This document shows, in pieces, positions 39,284 through 64,000 of a stretch of 64,000 bases of DNA (position 1 is the first letter of the stretch; the number at the start of each line of letters is the position of its first letter). Source of the DNA: Lingula anatina (taxonomy: Eukaryota > Animalia > Brachiopoda); assembly GCA_051362555.1 (NCBI GenBank), contig CM120643.1:9176001-9240000 (forward strand), written 5' to 3'. The notes below the pieces were generated by a model, which saw only the letters and a list, made by a program, of their open reading frames with translations, made no database searches and was not told the origin of the DNA. The position numbers and the translations under genes were made by a program.

Positions 39284-39286
<3 letters not shown>

Positions 39287-39334
<48 letters not shown>
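39287..39334. repeat. (CT)n microsatellite
   Basis: Seen directly. Confidence 0.9.
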
Positions 39335-39337
<3 letters not shown>

Positions 39338-40338
39338 GCAGATCAAACCAGCAGGCCTCCCGTGCCCCCTACCCCAACCCTTCTTACACTCTCCATCCCA
39401 GTCGTCCATTTCACCCTGCTTCTTCCCTTCCCATCCCCCACTTATCAGAGAGGAGCGTAAAGCCGGTAGAGCCACCGCAAAAGTTTCTGGGCACCGGCTT
39501 GTAGCGCTTCCCTCGTCCCACTGTGCTATATGAAACGATGAACAAGCCGAACAAACAGTCCTTTTCTCTGCTCGCCATCGTATACATGTTGTGTAAAGAA
39601 GTGACCCACACTGGCGGCAAAACGGCAGCTATAATAATTCCTGAGTCAATGCATTATTTACGGCGGTGCGTCAGCCGGCTATGTTATAATACACCGGGAA
39701 CAGTCAGATCAATTGTGTGTGATCAATACGGTCTCGTGTGCTGATTTTTCCTTACAGTGAAACCAGCAATGGTTTAAAACGATGATGTCGATATAATGTT
39801 ATCAGCTGTAAGCGTTTAGTACTTAAACACATGAGGAAGTGACTGACAGTTTTCGTCTCGGGCGCAATATTTATATTTAAAAAAATAGGATCTTGTTTGA
39901 CTCTAAACGTAGTCCCTGTCATAAAAAATCACACTGGGTCTAACAGCAGGGTCCCTTCAGTAATTAACCAAGCACAGATGAACCTTAGAGCACTAGAAAT
40001 TGCATTGTTTGAGATCTTGATAAACCCAACGCATAAAATAAAACAATGACATGCCATTATTTAACAGGTTGCCGGTTAACCCCCCCCCCCCCCTCTTTAA
40101 TGATCCCATACCGACACATTATACTACCTTTTCCGATGTGGCACAGGTAAATATTGACTAGGCAGGGTCGGTCACATACCATAGTAAGTACGTGTGATAA
40201 TACTGTCATTGTAGTTATGACCTTATATGTAATATTGTCATCAGGCCCTTTCTTACTCATTACACAGATCTAGCAGTATGACAGCCACGATGACTTATCG
40301 GGCCTGATCAAACAAGGCTCTGCCCTAGTTAGGTATGA

Positions 40339-40480
40339 CCATATTTGGCAGGCGCTACTAGTCAGCTATTGGCTGACTAATTGTAGTCATTGCCATATAT
40401 GGAAACCGGTGTCCGTAGTTCTTGGAAGAGCTTGACACGCGGTCAATAAAACCCAGACCACGAGAAGCATTGACACAGTT
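40339..40480 (+). promoter_or_regulatory. Actin proximal regulatory region with two CArG boxes (SRF sites)
   Basis: CCATATTTGG at 40339-40348 and CCATATATGG at 40393-40402, with ATTGG between them. TATA-like AATAAAA at 40445 and Inr-like CAGTT about 31 bp downstream. A possible 5' UTR acceptor (ttttttccctgtataccag, ending 40550) means this could instead be intron 1. Confidence 0.65.
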
Positions 40481-40554
40481 ATTCTCGTACAGCAGTCCAG
40501 TGTACACAGTCCACGCTCAACTCCTTTTTGTGTTTTTTCCCTGTATACCAGTAA

Positions 40555-40695
<141 letters not shown>

Positions 40696-41478
40696 TAAAG
40701 TGCCGGTAGACTATTACACGAAACAGGTGGTTGATCTCGGTATTTGGGAACGGCTGTAGTATACAGCATGGTAGTAAAGTACATGTGGTGCAGGTTAATT
40801 TTTGGGTTAAACTTTTTATCGCCAACACAGGTGACAACTCCCCATGCGTTAGCTGTTAATGTGATGAGTCATGGGCGGGAAATCGATCTAATTAACTCGA
40901 GAAGCCGGCAACAGAGGAGGGGGGCGTTTTCATACGTTTCAAGGCTTTAAACTTCTGCTTGGAAGTAAAAATGAAGGAAAGAGAAACACATGCATTAAAA
41001 CATATTCTTTTAGAATTAACATGTCCCACCCATTTAGATTTGGAGCGTTTGCCGGGTGGTTAAGAAGCAGGGTGGGCGTGGTAGGCTCTCTCGCGTGTTA
41101 GAATAGTTGTAGTCCAAGCTGCGTCGAGACATCGCCCGATTCTAGTCTGTACATATTAAATAGTGCATGTAAAATGCCAGAGGTGTTCGGCCCATTCGGT
41201 TCAACATCTGGCGGGAAAGTGATGTCTGTTTCACCAGCGGCCACCTGTTGTTTAGCTGCCAGCTCACATTTGGCTTTACGCACGCCTGCGAAACAGGCGT
41301 GGGAAAATCGACTTCTTTCATTGGGAAAAATATTAATCGGACGGAATACTTGCAGCAATATAGGAAGTTTTATTTCAAAAGGTCGTGAGAAAGTAGTGGA
41401 CATTTTGAACTGTCAGCTTTGTTCTTATCGGCTGTTAACGGCTGCACGTGAGAATTATGCAAGCGACATCTACAAATA

Positions 41479-41611
41479 CCATATAAGGTAGTGCATGACC
41501 ATATATGGAGAGCGTGACCCCGGGTCATAGAACAGGGTGTTCCATAAACATGCCAGTGGTTGCGCTTATCAAGACCACTGGCCATAAGTGGTGACGCCAT
41601 TCCTTTTATAG
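41479..41611 (+). promoter_or_regulatory. Intronic CArG cluster in the actin intron
   Basis: CCATATAAGG at 41479, CCATATATGG at 41499, and one-mismatch CCATAAGTGG at 41582 and CCTTTTATAG at 41602. Confidence 0.6.
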
Positions 41612-41918
41612 AAATGCCGCCTTTTGTGTGCCTAACGATCAGCAGTATAAGCGAGGGTTCTTACTTGGGCGTGACTGCCAATTTAGTGTTTAGTCGACAA
41701 ACAAAGCACGCCTGGCCGCCATGTTTGTCATCGCTATCGCATTTGAGTTGTCATTGTGATTTAACACATGCTTTAAGTGGGCGTGGCCATCACCTTTCAT
41801 ACTAGGAAGTGGAAATTGTTGAATGAAATTTAAAGTCATATTTTTAGTTTGAGAAATAAAATCTTACGTAAACATTACCATATGAATTTTGATTTAAATG
41901 TATATTAATCTATTTTAG

Positions 41919-42923
<1,005 letters not shown>

Positions 42924-43618
42924 ACTTAACTCTGTACCGACTTGTTAATGAACAGTGGACTGCTGTGACGTCATCATTCCTCCTTGTGATCCTACAAACT
43001 GTTTTTGTGTTATCATCAGGATGAACAAAAAATAAACTTCTTAAAGAAAAAAGACGCTCAGAAACAACCGTAAGCCATTTTTTTACATTAAAAAAAAATT
43101 AAAAATGCGGCTTATTTTGGGACTGCTATCTCTAGAAACCGCGTCCTTTGCCAAAGAGCGAAACCTGGAAACAATCGTCTGATTAACTCGCTACTTTCTC
43201 ACGGACTCGTTATACGTTCCAAGTTTTGAAAAACAAAAAATATATTCTTGGTTCGCTTAAACAATCAAGGTAACTAAGGGACCAAAGTGTCCGAATTCGC
43301 ACCATGAAAAGTTAGTGACTCTCTTTTTGAGCTCAAGTGGTGGTGCTCGGTTCACTTTGTTACTTTTATTGCAATATACTTTTTGTTAATTTTTCATATT
43401 TACATGTGATTTAATTTGTTATGCAGTATTATAATAACACCAATCGTAAACAAAAATAAAAATACATAAGTTAAGAAAGCAGTTTGTCTTGATGCATTGA
43501 CTCCTTTCTTTCCCTCTATCCTCTTATCTTATATACTCTATATATATTATTCTAAATTCTCGAGGATGTCCTTCAGTTGATAAAGACTGAGATTTGAAAC
43601 GTCTCACTAAATAGCACT

Positions 43619-43877
43619 TTGAGGATTCATGTTGATTCACCGTATAGATCTTGGTAATAATAGAACTATAAATATTTTGATGCATCTAGAAAGATCTACA
43701 TAATAGTTGTTGAATACAGTCCGAGCTTTCGGCCCCTGGGCCTTCTTCAGGGAATATGAACAAAAAGTGACTTTTTGTTCATATTCCCTGAAGAAGGCCC
43801 AGGGGCCGAAAGCTCGGACTGTATTCAACAACTATTATGTAGATCTTTCTAGATGCATCAAAATATTTATAGTTCTA
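43619..43877. mobile_element. Penelope-like retroelement footprint (inverted pseudo-LTR palindrome) with target-site duplication
   Basis: Perfect palindrome 43661-43877 with 108-bp arms and a 1-nt centre at 43769. actaaatagcact is duplicated at 43606-43618 and 43877-43889. Contains hammerhead motifs. Confidence 0.75.
43785..43818 (+). ncRNA. Minimal type I hammerhead ribozyme motif (mirror copy on the minus strand at 43720-43753)
   Basis: UCC-CUGAAGA-A-GGCC-CAGG-GGCC-GAAA-GC-UC^-GGA: core CUGANGA and GAAA, 4-bp stem II, palindromic AGCU stem III, 3-bp stem I. Activity untested. Confidence 0.7.
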
Positions 43878-44779
43878 CTAAATAGCACTAATACGTTTGC
43901 ATTCACTGTAAAGAAAACGAACTTTAACATAAGTTCACCCCCCCCCCTCATATTTAAAACTGAAGCCATGTTCTGATGGAAATTCATCTGTGTAGTCGTA
44001 GGATATGATATGATACTTGAATCATATGAAGCCAAGCACGAATCTCGCATTAGCGGGCGGCATATTAAGTCAAATAAGTTCTGAATCGATTAGGGAATGA
44101 AATCGTTACACCTTTCGTTATGCACGACCACAGCGCACGCTGAACTAATCCCATTTTTTCTCGCCTTCCACACAGAATTTGTATTTTTCAAGTAATACAC
44201 ATATTTTATGTCTATAAACATTGTAACAACATGGTTCAACCCTTGCAAAGAGGCTTTGGGAATTTCATCTCGGCAATAGACAGTCTAATCAAAATTGTTC
44301 AAGCTGTGCGCAAGAGAGAAATCTCGAATTTAAACTAAGTCCGCCAAAGCCAACATCAAAAATATCGTTGGCATAATGCGAATATCAATTATCCTTATTA
44401 TATCATTTTAATAGTGAATGACGCAATGGAAAACGTTTGGTGAATATCAGAAGAATACGCTGTTGTGCACAGAAAAGGTGATGTTTAAAAAACGATAAAA
44501 TTAGATAACAGAAAAAGCCACAAAAACGATTCCATGGTTGTTTGTCCTCACATTGGATATACGATTTCGTTCTCCAGGCGGTAAGTTATTCTAAATATGG
44601 ACTATATGCAGCAGTTGAGTTGTTTGTGCTTATATACAACGCACTGTTTCGTAATAAGAGGGCTAAGAAAATATTTTAATGACCTTCTATCGTGATACCG
44701 GGCGAGGGTACACGATAAACGGTGTGGCGTTAGACCTGTTGGTCAACAAATACTAGATCTCTAGCGCTGTGAGCGAAAC

Positions 44780-44816
44780 CAAGAAGTTATAATGAGACTC
44801 TCATTATAACTTCTTG
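44780..44816. mobile_element. 37-bp perfect palindromic insertion with 7-bp TSD (P-element-like minimal derivative)
   Basis: GCGAAAC|caagaagttataatgaga-c-tctcattataacttcttg|GCGAAAC. Confidence 0.7.
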
Positions 44817-47800
44817 GCGAAACTGAACATTATTTTGAATTTGCATCCCCATCTTTCTCCCAGTCTTCGTATGACTAGTTGCCCTGATGATATTGTATTC
44901 CCACCTCTAATAAAATGTATTATCAAATCATAGGCGTAAGGGAGGTTAGATTAAGTGAAAGATTGACATCTTCGCTTTATAACTTTCTAGAATAGACATA
45001 GATAACTAAGTCTGACGGAATTTACTGGATTCTTCAGTTTTGTCATTTTTTACGTAGGCGATATCCCCTCTTTATGTAAGCGTTATCAGACAAGAAAAAG
45101 TAAATGCTAAAAAATTTTTTTTTGATTGTGCAAGTCCCATTGTAATAACATAAAACACTATTATCCATTTTACCCTTTTTTTAATTACTTCTATTAAAGA
45201 TCAAATTTCAACAAGAAACTTGGTTTTCCAGAAACCCTCTTTATTGTATCATCTTAAGTTTACAGCTATAATATCATTTCACAACACCGAGGAATGTTAG
45301 AAGTTAGTACAGACACATTACCGCAATGATAACAGTCACATTTCGTGGTCCCTTCAACAGTTTCAACCAAAATATGACGAAATCTGTCAAGCGATTGTGT
45401 TGGGTGTGACAGAGCTCACCTAACGCAATGAAGCTAAACCCTTCTGTGGTAATACACACGAACGTGATAGATAACCGTCACCGTTCATCAAGTATATACT
45501 CGTGGAGAACATACTAATGATGTACAATACAGACATTTGCTTATAAAAACTGGAACAGAAATACCCTGTAGTCTCCTAGCAAATAGCAAAATTTGAAAAG
45601 TACACAGGCATTATATAAAGCAGACAAATGGTTTCTATTCACTTTTATACCTGTAACTATACTGAAATATATATGCATTTCTTAGCCAGGCTTCAGTTCT
45701 ACCTCAGCGCAACTAAAAAGTATCTTCAGCTAATGATAATAAGATAGTAACAATAAGAGATAGATGCTGCTAGTAGAGATTCAGTCTTTGCCATTGCTTT
45801 TTAATATAGTCGACAGCATTATCACAGAAAAAAAGAAATACCCTGGAATGGTAGGTCACCTCTATAAGCACATTTATATAGGATAATTACTAGATCTTTT
45901 CAATGGGGAAAAATTCTGAATTTTACAGATACCGAGTTTTTTAGTCATATTTTTTTTTAGATTTACAACATTCCTATTGAGTGGTAGCAGCAGAATTAAA
46001 AACAGGCTACTGTACAGTTAAATTCTATGCAGTAAAAGCACCACAAATGTTATATATAAAATAATTTTCGTGATTTATAAAATTATGTATCTGAAAGTTT
46101 GTTGATTTTTGCCCATTGAAAAATTCTACTCATTACCGTATTCATATTTTAAAGGGACACACCATCTCATCCCTAGCCTCTTTTGTCATCAGAATGAGAA
46201 TTAAGCAAATTCCCATTTCCTAGTCACTTGACAGTGGAGACCTCTATTGACTAGAAGTAAAACCTCAGAGTAGTTTTGCATGTTGCAAATGGACAAGCAC
46301 ATGTCTATCATATAAGTTTGACTTACAATATAAGGATGTTTTCCAAATGCCTCTTGCCACACTGTACACAAATATTGCTACCTTATGCATAATAAACACC
46401 CACCTCTTTGATATATAGTACGACAGTAAGAAAAAAAAAACATGGCAATAAAGAACCTTTTTCATCAACATCACTACTAAACCTGAAGAAAAAATAATAA
46501 TAAATAAAATAAAATAAAATAAAATAAAATAAAATAAAATAAATGAAATGAAATGAAAGCCCTGTGCAAAAACCACCTTCCAGACCTATTTACCAGTATA
46601 GCTTTTAAACTGAACATTATTTCCACCTATCTTATCTTAAAACCCAAATGGGATAGCTGAGAGCATGTTTTGGAAGGCTAACACTTTGAGGAGACTTTCC
46701 AATTTACAAAATATATCTTTGGTCCAGACAAAACTGATAAGATAATGATTAATGAGTGCAACTGACCCTTATCTAAAGAAATCAAATTATTATGCACATA
46801 CTTTTTCTTTTTTGCATGTAGAAAAAATTGCACTAGGTATGTGTTTGGTTAGTGGGAGAAATTTACAACTGACAGCACTTCTTTTAAGCTGCTATGCTCA
46901 TTAAAAGCATCTTGGGTTTAAAAAACAAATCTAAATTTGTCTACTAAACCAGCTTACAAAACGTTGCCATTTGTTAACTAGCTTATCAATTATGTCTGGC
47001 ATTTGCAGGCAAATTTTCAATAACAGCTGATGTTAAACAATCTGTTTTGCCTTTCAATTGTTCAGCAACCCTTAATCTGACTAGATATTACTGGCTAGTA
47101 AGTAACATCAAGTAAAAAAGGTCTATAAAAAAGTAGTTTTTTGGGGGGGAAACACTTTTATGCCATAAACAAAATCACTCAACAAAGTTTGCCTTTAAAG
47201 CTCTAGCAATTAAAGCTCTAGCAAAATAGAGTTACTGAGATATTTTGACTGCGTAAACTAGGGACAGTCACAGGATGCAATGTTAGCTATCACATAATTA
47301 TCGCTTAACAATTAGCAGCTGTTGCCTTGGAGACAATAAACATGTAAACAAAAGTAAGCAACCAAGAGGGAAGTCAGCACTATACCTTTTAGTACTAAAA
47401 ACAGGGCTCCTAACAGCCACATGTGATTAAGCATTAGAAGCAAGTGGAAACAGTAACAATGCTGATAACTGCATGTGATAGTCATGGAGCTTTGAAAAAG
47501 AACTTTGAAAGTACCTACAAACTTAACTATGAAATTTTCTAAAAACTTAAAAAGGTGACAGATTCTGAAAACAAAAAGCTGTTTGTTTATGTTAACAAAC
47601 AACCAAACAAATAAACAGAAACATAGTAAATGCCTTGTTACTCATAACTACCAAAATGGCACAACTATAAACAAACAAATCATGCTAATATTAACTTAAC
47701 AATAAAAATCTAACACAAAAGCTGGTTTTTCTTCGGGAAAGGTCTACACGCACAAAAAAAAATTATGCTCTGACTTAATCAACAAAAATAAACACACTTC

Positions 47801-48187
47801 CTTTGTATAATATTTCCACAGTACACATTACAAATCCCAGAAAAATATCTGAATGCCAACCAAATCTTCCCTCCATAATCTTCATTTATTCCTGTCCTCA
47901 GTCATGATGCTGCCAGAGCTTCATTCTGAACACAAAGTGTGAAATGTTCAAACTGCCTTTTGCACTCAAAGGGTGCCTCCAAGAACCAAAATGCCCAACT
48001 GACTATCAGTGCAAGTCCATCCTCAACCCAACTGGTGTGCAACTGACTAGAGAACTGTCAAATACTTTCTTTCCAATATCCTGCCCCCCCTCCCCCCCCC
48101 CCCCAAAAAAAAAAAGGAAAGAAAGAAAATAAAAATCCAACCCAATCTCCTTCCACAATCTGTTGTTCCCAGCAGCCAAAGAGTTCA

Positions 48188-63594
<15,407 letters not shown>

Positions 63595-63599
63595 TTTTA

Positions 63600-63880
63600 C
63601 CGGCTTGGGCTAGCAGACACGCGTCACGTGGTGAACTACCCCGGAGTGTGATTGGCTGAGGTTGACCTGAACTTGGATTGCCTGACGTCACGGTGTAAAC
63701 AAATAAAATGTGCTCTGGGCAGCGTGCGTTGGAGCTGCCTGCCCGGGCAAGATGGGCTGACGCATTCCCTGACATTGGATAATCCCCGTAAATGAAAACG
63801 CTGCAGCCAATCACAAACCAACCCTGGGGTGTCGTCATGAATATCAAATGAGCATTTCGGGCATGTTGAGGCCACTCTAG
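63600..63880 (-). promoter_or_regulatory. GMDS housekeeping-type promoter
   Basis: CpG-rich. GTCACGTG at 63623-63630, CCAAT boxes (63651-63655 minus, about 63774 minus, about 63807 plus), perfect CRE TGACGTCA at 63683-63690, forkhead-like GTAAACA near 63694. Confidence 0.65.
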
Positions 63881-64000
63881 CGTCACTCACTGTATATAAA
63901 TATATAGCATCCGTAGTAAGATATGCTCCATCATTATAATTTTACTTCGCGACACCAACATCACTATGAACTATGATGGTGTTAGGAATTTTCTACGGAG

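Noticed and set aside
43637-43976. Two ORFs on opposite strands with identical N-termini (MLNTVRAFGPW...)
   Set aside because: A direct consequence of the perfect palindrome, not protein-coding.

Overview
AT-rich eukaryotic genomic DNA from an invertebrate animal, most likely a lophotrochozoan such as a mollusc (inferred from an MCDDDV-type actin with a single intron at codon 41/42 and from the repeat content). Four protein-coding genes are supported. (1) The last two exons of a theta-like glutathione S-transferase (+, 862-2412). (2) An intronless class A peptide GPCR of the galanin/allatostatin-A receptor type (-, 11592-12689). (3) A complete actin gene (+, 40564-42923). (4) A complete 11-exon GDP-mannose 4,6-dehydratase, GMDS (-, 63594-48188, 367 aa). 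The rest is dense in non-autonomous DNA transposons (Harbinger-like, Kolobok-like, Tc1/mariner-like, a minimal P-like palindrome) and includes a Helentron/HINE-type element carrying a 146-bp satellite. Most notable: GMDS has two intact, anciently duplicated alternative last exons; GMDS intron 4 holds nine tandem copies of the exon-4 end plus its 5' splice site, and the two distal copies differ from the exon only at synonymous sites; a perfect 217-bp palindrome with a 13-bp target-site duplication carries a minimal hammerhead ribozyme motif on each strand (Penelope-like footprint); and the satellite repeats a perfect DR1 nuclear-receptor element 13 times. No rRNA, tRNA or CRISPR features were seen. 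All calls were made by eye; no searches or folding programs were run.
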